From assembly GCA_964016885.1 (NCBI GenBank), contig OZ024740.1, positions 409,634,001-409,698,000 of the forward strand: a stretch of DNA of 64,000 bases, given 5' to 3'. Below, one piece after another: positions 40,624 through 53,497 of this stretch (position 1 is the first letter of the stretch; each line of letters opens with the position of its first letter). The notes beneath the pieces were generated by a model that was given only the letters and a program-made list of their open reading frames with translations, had not been told where the DNA came from and did no database searches. The stretch is from Eledone cirrhosa. Taxonomy: Eukaryota. Made by a program: the position numbers and the translations under genes.

Positions 40624-42310
40624 GAGTGTGCGCAAATACATACATATATATACACACACACATACAAACACACACAAACACATACATATGCATACATGCA
40701 CACACACACACATATATCACATAGATACGAAGATAAACATATAAATAGAGAGACATACAAATATATACAGAACCCATATACACATACATGCAAACACGCA
40801 TATACATATATACATATATACACACATATATATTCCTATATACAAGCATACACATACGCACACATATATACATATACCTACACATATATATACCACACAT
40901 TCACATACACGTACATATATAATACATATATATACATACATATACATACATATGTATGTACAATCATATATACACACTCAATCTTACATTCATATTTACA
41001 TGCTCATATATGTATTTTTATATCTAGAAATAAATACCAAAAAAAAAAACTATATAGACACCCATCTACCCAAATTCATACATATACACTTACAAAAACA
41101 GATGATAATAGTATGGGGGAAAGGGGGGGGTTTGGAGAAGGGGATCAAAGTAAATATATGTTTCAAGAAACCTATAATATTTTCCATATCTTAATTCAAT
41201 GTATGTTCTTACATATTTTCAATGCTAGGAAATACGAAATCTATGCATCACAAAATAAAAAAGTATACCATTAATCATATGTCAACTAAACCAAAGATAG
41301 TCAACATATTGATTTCCAAGGTGTAAATTAGTTAGGTTTATAATATTTGAAGCAGAATTATGAAGTCAAACAGTAATAGATTATTAATTACATTATAACT
41401 AAATTAAAGTTAATAATAGGGAAAAGAAACCCAAATAAAAATAAAATAAAGTATTACATCGGTAGTAGCATATAAATTATATGTTAACTAAGTTAAAAAT
41501 TATATATTTATTTCAATAGTATATGTTAATTAGTATATGTTAATTAGGTATACAATACATAAAGCAGATATTGTATTTCATCAATAGCATAATATAATTA
41601 TATGCAAATAAAAATCAAAATTAATACGCATACACATACATATACATACACATACACATACATATACATATACATACACATATATATATATATATATATA
41701 CATATATATACACACATACATACATATATAGTCACATAAATATACATACAGATACACATACAATACACACATATACATATACATATAGATATACATATCT
41801 TTTCCAAAAAATTTGCACAGAATATATTAACTAGGTATATATCCAAAAACACCTCCCATTCTATGATTACATGAAATTCTGCAATTCGTCTGTACAAGGA
41901 TACTAATTTTAAGCAAATTAAAATTAAAATTAAAGTTTTAGGTTGATTAAAGCTAAAACCAAATAATAAATATATTTCCAAAATGTATATTAATTAGGTC
42001 AATAATACTAAAAATTCTTTCTCCGTCATAGGATACATGATATTATTTTGTTATATTTTATCTGTAAAAGAATTATAATAAAAAAAATTTTATAATAAAA
42101 GGTTAAACTAAATTAAAAAATTATAATAAAAGGTTAAAATAAGTTAAAATTAATCTATAAATTAAATTACTGAATATATAATAGTAATATTTAAAGGTTT
42201 TTCAAAATTAATGATTACATAATATTTTCTCATCTGTAATAAAATATTAATTAAATTAAATTTATAGGTTAACTAACATTTAAATTAAATTAAATTCTAG
42301 AATAATGTTA

Positions 42311-43698
42311 TTAATTAGGTTTATAATATTTAAATGTTTTTTTTAGTTTATGATTACACGATATAATTAATTCCTGTCTTTTATTTAATAAGATATCCCT
42401 AGACTTCATTATTTCAAATAGTTCTTGGGAACATAATCTACATTCCTTTCTATTATTTTGATAAGGGGTGGCTCTTTTGAGCACACTCCAGGTCAAATCA
42501 TATTTTATATTTTTATTTTTATAACTATTGATTTTTTCTGCTAGAGATGTTGTATTAGCCAGTGCGGCATTTTTAAAGCTATGTTTGTGGGTATTATACC
42601 TTGTCTTAAAATTGTTAGAGGTAGCTCCTATATATGAGCAAATAGAATCTTTAGTTTTAACATTACATTTATAGACTATGTTGTTAACAAGACAATTCCC
42701 TTTTAATGGGCAGTTTGTTTTGTTTCTACAGTTACATCCTTTCGTTAATTCTGTATTTGAGGAGATATTATTGTTAATTTGATGTACTGGTGGTATACTT
42801 ATAGTTTTCTTACATTTATATGCATTATATGCACTTATATTTTGTTTTATGTTATTTGTTGTAGAATATGAGAATTTAACTGTAGACCTATTTAAGATTT
42901 GATGGTATTTGTGGTTTGGCGGGAAGTTTTTCTCAAGGATATAAAAAAATTTTTTAGCAATATTATCCTTAACTTGTAAATTAAAAGGAGCATTATACCA
43001 AGTAACTCGTCTATTACGGTTTCTATGTTGTTTATTATTTTTATTATTTTTATATGTTGTATCATGATTTTTACTAGGAGGAATAATGTTAATGATCTCA
43101 CCACAACTATTTTTAGTTATATTTGTAGATTTAGGTGTTTTATCTTTTTTATTAGGAGTTTTATTATTAATATTTATTATAGTCTTATGATGAGTAGTTT
43201 TTTGAGGGTTACTATACTTTATATTAGAAGATTTAGTATTTTGGGGTATACTGTGGGTGGCATTTAGGTGTGTACCTTTCATTTGGTGTTTGTTGGTAAT
43301 ATTATGCTGTATGTTTTCAGTATTTTTAGTAGAAGTTATATACTCTAATCTATTTTTGTGGCCACTTCTATCTAGAGCTTCATTATAAAAGGTCGCATTT
43401 TTATCAAATACATCTTGGTTAGAAGAAAGGTTAGAAATTCTAAGTGATATATTATATGCAAGGTTTTTAAGGATAGATTTAGGGTGATTAGATTGTGAGT
43501 GTATGTAATGTAAGTTTTGGTTAGGTTTATGGTAAGGTTGGTATATACCCGTAGCTAAATCTAAAGTTATATCTAGGAAATTTACTACTTTACTTGTTTT
43601 TTCAAAAGTAATATTAAGATTATAATAGTCCTTAAGGAAAGTTCTAATATGCTTTTTGTTTTTTTCGATTTCTGAAAGGCTAAGGTTGTTAGAAAGAA
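42311..43698 (-). pseudogene. 5'-truncated inverted copy of the PLE ORF (C-terminal ~460 codons)
   Basis: The 323-aa ORF at 42311-43282 is identical in translation to the C-terminus of the 46949 ORF. Truncation falls just after YRDD. Confidence 0.93.
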
Positions 43699-44931
43699 TG
43701 GGAGGTGTTTTTGGATATATACCTAGTTAATATATTCTGTGCAAATTTTTTGGAAAAGATATGTATATCTATATGTATATGTATATGTTTGTATTGTATG
43801 TGTATCTGTATGTATATTTATGTGACTATATATGTATGTATGTGTGTATATATATGTATATATATATATATATATATGTGTATGTATATGTATATGTATG
43901 TGTATGTGTATGTATATGTATGTGTATGCGTATTAATTTTGATTTTTATTTGCATATAATTATATTATGCTATTGATGAAATACAATATCTGCTTTATGT
44001 ATTGTATACCTAATTAACATATACTAATTAACATATACTATTGAAATAAATATATAATTTTTAACTTAGTTAACATATAATTTATATGCTACTACCGATG
44101 TAATACTTTATTTTATTTTTATTTGGGTTTCTTTTCCCTATTATTAACTTTAATTTAGTTATAATGTAATTAATAATCTATTACTGTTTGACTTCATAAT
44201 TCTGCTTCAAATATTATAAACCTAACTAATTTACACCTTGGAAATCAATATGTTGACTATCTTTGGTTTAGTTGACATATGATTAATGGTATACTTTTTT
44301 ATTTTGTGATGCATAGATTTCGTATTTCCTAGCATTGAAAATATGTAAGAACATACATTGAATTAAGATATGGAAAATATTATAGGTTTCTTGAAACATA
44401 TATTTACTTTGATCCCCTTCTCCAAACCCCCCCCCTTTCCCCCATACTATTATCATCTGTTTTTGTAAGTGTATATGTATGAATTTGGGTAGATGGGTGT
44501 CTATATAGTTTTTTTTGGTATTTATTTCTAGATATAAAAATACATATATGAGCATGTAAATATGAATGTAAGATTGAGTGTGTATATATGATTGTACATA
44601 CATATGTATGTATATGTATGTATATATATGTATTATATATGTACGTGTATGTGAATGTGTGGTATATATATGTGTAGGTATATGTATATATGTGTGCGTA
44701 TGTGTATGCTTGTATATAGGAATATATATGTGTGTATATATGTATATATGTATATGCGTGTTTGCATGTATGTGTATATGGGTTCTGTATATTTTTGTAT
44801 GTCTCTCTATTTATATGTTTATCTTCGTATCTATGTGATATATGTGTGTGTGTGTGCATGTATGCATATGTATGTGTTTGTGTGTGTTTGTATGTGTGTG
44901 TGTATATATATGTATGTATTTGCGCACACTC

Positions 44932-44969
<38 letters not shown>

Positions 44970-45057
44970 GAGTGTGTATGTGTGTCTGTATGTGTGTGCG
45001 TGTGTATATATGTGTATATATATATATATGTGTATGTATGTGTATGTGTGTGTATAT

Positions 45058-45103
<46 letters not shown>

Positions 45104-45242
45104 ATATAGGTGTCTATGTGTGAATATATGTCTTTATTCGTATGTGTGTATTTATATATGTTTATATTTAGGTGTATGTATGTATGTGTATGTATGTATG
45201 TATATGTATGTGTATGTATGTATATGTGTATATGTGTGTATA

Positions 45243-45273
<31 letters not shown>

Positions 45274-45499
45274 TATTCTTTATTATTATTGTAATATAAC
45301 TTATGTGTATATGTGTATAAGTGAGGTTGTGTATGTATATATATTATGTGTATATATAAGGGTAATGAAATGTATATATATATATATATATATATATATG
45401 TGCATGTCTGTATTTTATGTGTGTGTGTATATATATATGTATGTGTATGTGTGTATATATGTATGTATATATGCATATATGTGTACGTGTGTGTATGTT

Positions 45500-45530
<31 letters not shown>

Positions 45531-45658
45531 GTATATATATACATCTGGATGTTTGTATGTGTTTTCATGGTGGTATGAGTGTGTGATATATATGTTTATG
45601 TATAAGTATATGTATGTGTATGTATATATATATGAGTCTATGTGTGTGTGTGTATATA

Positions 45659-45701
<43 letters not shown>

Positions 45702-46680
45702 ATGTGTGTATGTGTTGCGCGTGTGTGTGTCCGTATTTTTATCTTTTTATATGTGTATGTGTATGTTCGTGTAAATGTATGTGTGTGTATGACAGTATAG
45801 GTATGTGTGTATGTATGTATGTGTAGATATCTCTATGTGCGCGTACATGTACGTATGTGTATGTATATCTGTATGCGTATGTACATTATATTATATGTAA
45901 TATATTTTATTGTTTTTATTTTTTTATTTTTCATAATTTATAGATACATTTATATTAGGCTGTCTGTCTGACAACCTAATACTGACCCCTCCCCCCCCCT
46001 CCCACCTAATTTCTGTATCTTGATCTTGAAATGTTGTACCAGTGTGTTTATGTGAGTGACTTAATTTCTATTTGCTTATGATTTTATATCCACATATATA
46101 AATGTGAGTGGGGGGTGTGTGTGTGTTTGTGTGTTCGTGGTTATGTGTATATTTTTATATATATACGCACATGTATGTGTGATTATACTGATATGTGTGA
46201 GTATGAAAAAAATATATTTATATGCTTGACTACATAAGTATCATTGCGTTTCTTATCAGCGCATTAAGCTTACAGAGATATTAACCTTGAAATTTTTTAT
46301 TTGCATCCATCTTTTTAGTATGCACATACATATTATACACACATTATTGTAAAATGTGTGTAGGGTTTTACATGTATATACACACACCAAACTGCTTTTT
46401 AACCCTTTGTGTTTTCATTGGTCAATTTTGAACTGATATTTTGAATTGTTGTTATTATCAATAAATATACTTCATTATTTCTGAAGACGGCGTATATATG
46501 TGTTAGGTATGTATATTTAATCTTGATAATTTGTATAATTTTGTATAATTTTGTACATAGATCTGTTAAATATGCATACCAATTATAGCACATATATGCC
46601 CTAGAAACGATCGTTAAATGGTGAACCTTTTTTTGTTTAATATAAGGAATTGTTTGTTCATTATTTGTTTAATATTTTAT
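43695..46680 (+). repeat. 5' pseudo-LTR (~3 kb, microsatellite-rich)
   Basis: Direct repeat of 49860-52844 and inverted repeat of ~38875-41862. Confidence 0.93.
46471..46625 (+). ncRNA. Type I hammerhead ribozyme with a ~115-nt stem II (also at 52635-52789 + and 38930-39084 -)
   Basis: ttcattattt CTGAAGA [long hairpin] GAAA cgatcg TT aaatggtgaa. Stem I is 10 bp and stem III is palindromic. Confidence 0.8.
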
Positions 46681-46969
46681 CTTGACTCTGTATACCGTTT
46701 ATCTTTCACCGAAATTGGATTTTCATTACATCTCTTCTTTCCATGATATCCGGAATACATTGAGTTCTTCATACGGATTGGACACTACCGTAAACTCTTG
46801 GTAGATTTATCTACATAATTTTGCTCCTATTTTCACGGAAATATTCGTATTTTTGTACTGTATGTGTGTATTAATTTTATATTTATGTATATACATATAT
46901 ATATGTATGATTTTGTAAACCCATATACATTTAGTTGAGCTCTTTCAATTGTCCATCATCCATATCACA

Positions 46970-49411
46970 ATGGAAAAACAATATTTAGGAACCTCCTTAA
47001 AAAACATACCAATACCTTCTAAGGACGACTTCTTACTCCTTATGATTCAGAAAACTAATAATTTTATCAGAAGGGTTAGATGGAGAGCCTACCACTTTGA
47101 TAGAAAATCTAAACAAGCAGATCGGAAATATATGTATGATTTCAACACTTACAAGAATCCACCACACAACTTTTTACTTGAAGACTTCGAGAAAGACCTT
47201 TTTAATTTAATTAAACATCTCAAATTTAAAAAGTATAAATCCGTCTTTCAAAAGGACCTTGATTCTACCCTATTGGACCTAAAAAAGTCTAAAAAAATCC
47301 ATGTCCACTCGGACAAAACTGGTAACTTGTATCATATGGATATTGAACATTATAATGAGTTCATATATAAAGAACTCAGAAAAAGTTATAAAAAATCTAA
47401 TAATGCGTCACTCACCAATATCAACAACAAAACACACAACATAGTAAAAAAACTAAATATTGAAGATAGAACTGAACCTTTGGCATTGAGAAGTCCACAC
47501 TTCAACCTGAAAGATCACAAATCTAACTTTAACTCTAATCCTTCTATTAGACTTATATGTCCCTCCAAATCAGATATTGGAATAATTAGCAAAAAAATTT
47601 TAGATAGAGTCATCCCACAAATAAGAAAATACGTTATTTTACCACTCTGGGAAAACACCTCCCAGGTAATTAATTGGTTTAAAAATATTAGGTGTAAATC
47701 TTCTGCTTCTTTCCTACAGTTTGATATAGATAACTATTATTCTTCTATATCACCCATACTCCTGAACAAAGCATTAATATTTGCTAAAAATAGATCTAAT
47801 TTAACTTCGGATGACATTAACATTATTACACATGCTAGACAAACACTTATTGAATTTCAGAATGAATATTGGACCAGAAACACTTATAGTAATCTTTTTG
47901 ATATTACTATGGGTTCAAGCGATTCTGCCCAAATTACTGATCTTGTGGGCCTCTTTCTCCTTTTCAACATAAATGCCTCTTTTCCCCACCTCAAAGGTGG
48001 TTTATATCGTGATGACTGTCTTCTTCTTTCTAACAACCTTAGCCTTTCAGAAATCGAAAAAAACAAAAAGCATATTAGAACTTTCCTTAAGGACTATTAT
48101 AATCTTAATATTACTTTTGAAAAAACAAGTAAAGTAGTAAATTTCCTAGATATAACTTTAGATTTAGCTACGGGTATATACCAACCTTACCATAAACCTA
48201 ACCAAAACTTACATTACATACACTCACAATCTAATCACCCTAAATCTATCCTTAAAAACCTTGCATATAATATATCACTTAGAATTTCTAACCTTTCTTC
48301 TAACCAAGATGTATTTGATAAAAATGCGACCTTTTATAATGAAGCTCTAGATAGAAGTGGCCACAAAAATAGATTAGAGTATATAACTTCTACTAAAAAT
48401 ACTGAAAACATACAGCATAATATTACCAACAAACACCAAATGAAAGGTACACACCTAAATGCCACCCACAGTATACCCCAAAATACTAAATCTTCTAATA
48501 TAAAGTATAGTAACCCTCAAAAAACTACTCATCATAAGACTATAATAAATATTAATAATAAAACTCCTAATAAAAAAGATAAAACACCTAAATCTACAAA
48601 TATAACTAAAAATAGTTGTGGTGAGATCATTAACATTATTCCTCCTAGTAAAAATCATGATACAACATATAAAAATAATAAAAATAATAAACAACATAGA
48701 AACCGTAATAGACGAGTTACTTGGTATAATGCTCCTTTTAATTTACAAGTTAAGGATAATATTGCTAAAAAATTTTTTTATATCCTTGAGAAAAACTTCC
48801 CGCCAAACCACAAATACCATCAAATCTTAAATAGGTCTACAGTTAAATTCTCATATTCTACAACAAATAACATAAAACAAAATATAAGTGCATATAATGC
48901 ATATAAATGTAAGAAAACTATAAGTATACCACCAGTACATCAAATTAACAATAATATCTCCTCAAATACAGAATTAACGAAAGGATGTAACTGTAGAAAC
49001 AAAACAAACTGCCCATTAAAAGGGAATTGTCTTGTTAACAACATAGTCTATAAATGTAATGTTAAAACTAAAGATTCTATTTGCTCATATATAGGAGCTA
49101 CCTCTAACAATTTTAAGACAAGGTATAATACCCACAAACATAGCTTTAAAAATGCCGCACTGGCTAATACAACATCTCTAGCAGAAAAAATCAATAGTTA
49201 TAAAAATAAAAATATAAAATATGATTTGACCTGGAGTGTGCTCAAAAGAGCCACCCCTTATCAAAATAATAGAAAGGAATGTAGATTATGTTCCCAAGAA
49301 CTATTTGAAATAATGAAGTCTAGGGATATCTTATTAAATAAAAGACAGGAATTAATTATATCGTGTAATCATAAACTAAAAAAAACATTTAAATATTATA
49401 AACCTAATTAA
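46970..49411 (+). CDS. Intact PLE polyprotein: reverse transcriptase + GIY-YIG endonuclease (813 aa from first ATG)
   Basis: SLKNIPIP, SDKT, LKDHK, RLI, FDIDNYY, TMGS, GLYRDD, VNFLD, YHKPN..SNHP, WYNAPF, CNCR..CPLKGNC, IVYKC..YIGAT..FKTRY..H, CRLC..E, LLNKR. Confidence 0.95.
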   Translation: MEKQYLGTSLKNIPIPSKDDFLLLMIQKTNNFIRRVRWRAYHFDRKSKQADRKYMYDFNTYKNPPHNFLLEDFEKDLFNLIKHLKFKKYKSVFQKDLDSTLLDLKKSKKIHVHSDKTGNLYHMDIEHYNEFIYKELRKSYKKSNNASLTNINNKTHNIVKKLNIEDRTEPLALRSPHFNLKDHKSNFNSNPSIRLICPSKSDIGIISKKILDRVIPQIRKYVILPLWENTSQVINWFKNIRCKSSASFLQFDIDNYYSSISPILLNKALIFAKNRSNLTSDDINIITHARQTLIEFQNEYWTRNTYSNLFDITMGSSDSAQITDLVGLFLLFNINASFPHLKGGLYRDDCLLLSNNLSLSEIEKNKKHIRTFLKDYYNLNITFEKTSKVVNFLDITLDLATGIYQPYHKPNQNLHYIHSQSNHPKSILKNLAYNISLRISNLSSNQDVFDKNATFYNEALDRSGHKNRLEYITSTKNTENIQHNITNKHQMKGTHLNATHSIPQNTKSSNIKYSNPQKTTHHKTIININNKTPNKKDKTPKSTNITKNSCGEIINIIPPSKNHDTTYKNNKNNKQHRNRNRRVTWYNAPFNLQVKDNIAKKFFYILEKNFPPNHKYHQILNRSTVKFSYSTTNNIKQNISAYNAYKCKKTISIPPVHQINNNISSNTELTKGCNCRNKTNCPLKGNCLVNNIVYKCNVKTKDSICSYIGATSNNFKTRYNTHKHSFKNAALANTTSLAEKINSYKNKNIKYDLTWSVLKRATPYQNNRKECRLCSQELFEIMKSRDILLNKRQELIISCNHKLKKTFKYYKPN

Positions 49412-49859
49412 TAACATTATTCTAGAATTTAATTTAATTTAAATGTTAGTTAACCTATAAATTTAATTTAATTAATATTTTATTACAGATGAGAAAATAT
49501 TATGTAATCATTAATTTTGAAAAACCTTTAAATATTACTAATATATATTCAGTAATTTAATTTATAGATTAATTTTAACTTATTTTAACCTTTTATTATA
49601 ATTTTTTAATTTAGTTTAACCTTTTATTATAAAATTTTTTTTATTATAATTCTTTTACAGATAAAATATAACAAAATAATATCATGTATCCTATGACGGA
49701 GAAAGAATTTTTAGTATTATTGACCTAATTAATATACATTTTGGAAATATATTTATTATTTGGTTTTAGCTTTAATCAACCTAAAACTTTAATTTTAATT
49801 TTAATTTGCTTAAAATTAGTATCCTTGTACAGACGAATTGCAGAATTTCATGTAATCAT

Positions 49860-51095
49860 AGAATGGGAGGTGTTTTTGGATATATACCTAGTTAATATAT
49901 TCTGTGCAAATTTTTTGGAAAAGATATGTATATCTATATGTATATGTATATGTGTGTATTGTATGTGTATCTGTATGTATATTTATGTGACTATATATGT
50001 ATGTATGTGTGTATATATATGTATATATATATATATATATATGTGTATGTATATGTATATGTATGTGTATGTGTATGTATATGTATGTGTATGCGTATTA
50101 ATTTTGATTTTTATTTGCATATAATTATATTATGCTATTGATGAAATACAATATCTGCTTTATGTATTGTATACCTAATTAACATATACTAATTAACATA
50201 TACTATTGAAATAAATATATAATTTTTAACTTAGTTAACATATAATTTATATGCTACTACCGATGTAATACTTTATTTTATTTTTATTTGGGTTTCTTTT
50301 CCCTATTATTAACTTTAATTTAGTTATAATGTAATTAATAATCTATTACTGTTTGACTTCATAATTCTGCTTCAAATATTATAAACCTAACTAATTTACA
50401 CCTTGGAAATCAATATGTTGACTATCTTTGGTTTAGTTGACATATGATTAATGGTATACTTTTTTATTTTGTGATGCATAGATTTCGTATTTCCTAGCAT
50501 TGAAAATATGTAAGAACATACATTGAATTAAGATATGGAAAATATTATAGGTTTCTTGAAACATATATTTACTTTGATCCCCTTCTCCAAACCCCCCCCT
50601 TTCCCCCATACTATTATCATCTGTTTTTGTAAGTGTATATGTATGAATTTGGGTAGATGGGTGTCTATATAGTTTTTTTTGGTATTTATTTCTAGATATA
50701 AAAATACATATATGAGCATGTAAATATGAATGTAAGATTGAGTGTGTATATATGATTGTACATACATATGTATGTATATGTATGTATATATATGTATTAT
50801 ATATGTACGTGTATGTGAATGTGTGGTATATATATGTGTAGGTATATGTATATATGTGTGCGTATGTGTATGCTTGTATATAGGAATATATATGTGTGTA
50901 TATATGTATATATGTATATGCGTGTTTGCATGTATGTGTATATGGGTTCTGTATATATTTGTATGTCTCTCTATTTATATGTTTATCTTCGTATCTATGT
51001 GATATATGTGTGTGTGTGTGCATGTATGCATATGTATGTGTTTGTGTGTGTTTGTATGTGTGTGTGTATATATATGTATGTATTTGCGCACACTC

Positions 51096-51133
<38 letters not shown>

Positions 51134-51221
51134 GAGTGTGTATGTGTGTCTGTATGTGTGTGCGTGTGTATATATGTGTATATATATATATATGTGTATG
51201 TATGTGTATGTGTGTGTATAT

Positions 51222-51267
<46 letters not shown>

Positions 51268-51406
51268 ATATAGGTGTCTATGTGTGAATATATGTCTTTA
51301 TTCGTATGTGTGTATTTATATATGTTTATATTTAGGTGTATGTATGTATGTGTATGTATGTATGTATATGTATGTGTATGTATGTATATGTGTATATGTG
51401 TGTATA

Positions 51407-51437
<31 letters not shown>

Positions 51438-51663
51438 TATTCTTTATTATTATTGTAATATAACTTATGTGTATATGTGTATAAGTGAGGTTGTGTATGT
51501 ATATATATTATGTGTATATATAAGGGTAATGAAATGTATATATATATATATATATATATATATGTGCATGTCTGTATTTTATGTGTGTGTGTATATATAT
51601 ATGTATGTGTATGTGTGTATATATGTATGTATATATGCATATATGTGTACGTGTGTGTATGTT

Positions 51664-51694
<31 letters not shown>

Positions 51695-51822
51695 GTATAT
51701 ATATACATCTGGATGTTTGTATGTGTTTTCATGGTGGTATGAGTGTGTGATATATATGTTTATGTATAAGTATATGTATGTGTATGTATATATATATGAG
51801 TCTATGTGTGTGTGTGTATATA

Positions 51823-51865
<43 letters not shown>

Positions 51866-52844
51866 ATGTGTGTATGTGTTGCGCGTGTGTGTGTCCGTAT
51901 TTTTATCTTTTTATATGTGTATGTGTATGTTCGTGTAAATGTATGTGTGTGTATGACAGTATAGGTATGTGTGTATGTATGTATGTGTAGATATCTCTAT
52001 GTGCGCGTACATGTACGTATGTGTATGTATATCTGTATGCGTATGTACATTATATTATATGTAATATATTTTATTGTTTTTATTTTTTTATTTTTCATAA
52101 TTTATAGATACATTTATATTAGGCTGTCTGTCTGACAACCTAATACTGACCCCTCCCCCCCCCTCCCACCTAATTTCTGTATCTTGATCTTGAAATGTTG
52201 TACCAGTGTGTTTATGTGAGTGACTTAATTTCTATTTGCTTATGATTTTATATCCACATATATAAATGTGAGTGGGGGGTGTGTGTGTGTTTGTGTGTTC
52301 GTGGTTATGTGTATATTTTTATATATATACGCACATGTATGTGTGATTATACTGATATGTGTGAGTATGAAAAAAATATATTTATATGCTTGACTACATA
52401 AGTATCATTGCGTTTCTTATCAGCGCATTAAGCTTACAGAGATATTAACCTTGAAATTTTTTATTTGCATCCATCTTTTTAGTATGCACATACATATTAT
52501 ACACACATTATTGTAAAATGTGTGTAGGGTTTTACATGTATATACACACACCAAACTGCTTTTTAACCCTTTGTGTTTTCATTGGTCAATTTTGAACTGA
52601 TATTTTGAATTGTTGTTATTATCAATAAATATACTTCATTATTTCTGAAGACGGCGTATATATGTGTTAGGTATGTATATTTAATCTTGATAATTTGTAT
52701 AATTTTGTATAATTTTGTACATAGATCTGTTAAATATGCATACCAATTATAGCACATATATGCCCTAGAAACGATCGTTAAATGGTGAACCTTTTTTTGT
52801 TTAATATAAGGAATTGTTTGTTCATTATTTGTTTAATATTTTAT
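49860..52844 (+). repeat. 3' pseudo-LTR
   Basis: Near-identical to 43695-46680 and runs into (TA)n. Confidence 0.93.
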
Positions 52845-53078
52845 ATATATATATATATTTATATAAAAAGAATATAAATTATCGAGAATCGTATTTCGGC
52901 CCACGAAATAACGAAAAACAACCTCCTAGATGTGTGGCAAGTGCTCAATGATTCAGATGAACCAGAGCTATAGACAAGCGTTAAAGGCCAAACACACTGA
53001 GACGATGGCTAAACAATCATCCGCACAGTCCAAAAAAAACGATCAAGTAATTCGGGTCAAACAAATAAAAATATATAT

Positions 53079-53137
<59 letters not shown>

Positions 53138-53300
53138 TAGATAGATAGATATTACCGTCATTACTGATACAAGATTACAAGATTATGTCAACTGTTGACT
53201 TTCGAAAGAGTTCGTATAGTTGAAGCCGTTCGTGTTACCGTTCAGTATTATTATGATTGCTTTACAGCATATATAAATATATATACATATATACATATAC

Positions 53301-53332
<32 letters not shown>

Positions 53333-53362
53333 AAAACATTAGGCAACTCTTCAATCACTGAC

Positions 53363-53497
53363 CTCTATAGTAATTGTGCTGAGATAGATATCTTTTTTCT
53401 CTAGACCTTCCTTCAGTTCCTCGAAAGTTAAGTCTCCATCCTTGTTTGTATCTAGATCATCGTAAGTTTTAGCCAAATCCTCTTTCGAAAATGCCAT
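53363..53497 (-). CDS. First coding exon of a small EF-hand Ca2+-binding protein (host gene)
   Basis: aaaaATGG start. Translates MAFSKEDLAKTYDDLDTNKDGDLTFEELKEGLEKKDIYLSTITIE, with canonical loop D-T-N-K-D-G-D-L-T-F-E-E. Ends at a GAG|GTCAGT donor, phase 0. Confidence 0.85.

Larger units (their letters stand above)
38739..52844 (+). mobile_element. Young 14.1-kb PLE insertion: inverted 5'-truncated arm + 1.5-unit tandem (unit ~6164 bp)
   Basis: 38739-43698 is the reverse complement of the unit from ~48024 onward. 43695-46680 closely matches 49860-52844. Both outer ends join (TA)n. Confidence 0.95.

Noticed and set aside
46245-46790. Antisense hammerhead-like strings in the pseudo-LTR (CTGATAA-GAAA; TATGAAGA..GAAA), and a similar string at ~18180
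   Set aside because: The cores are mutated and stems I-III cannot be formed convincingly.
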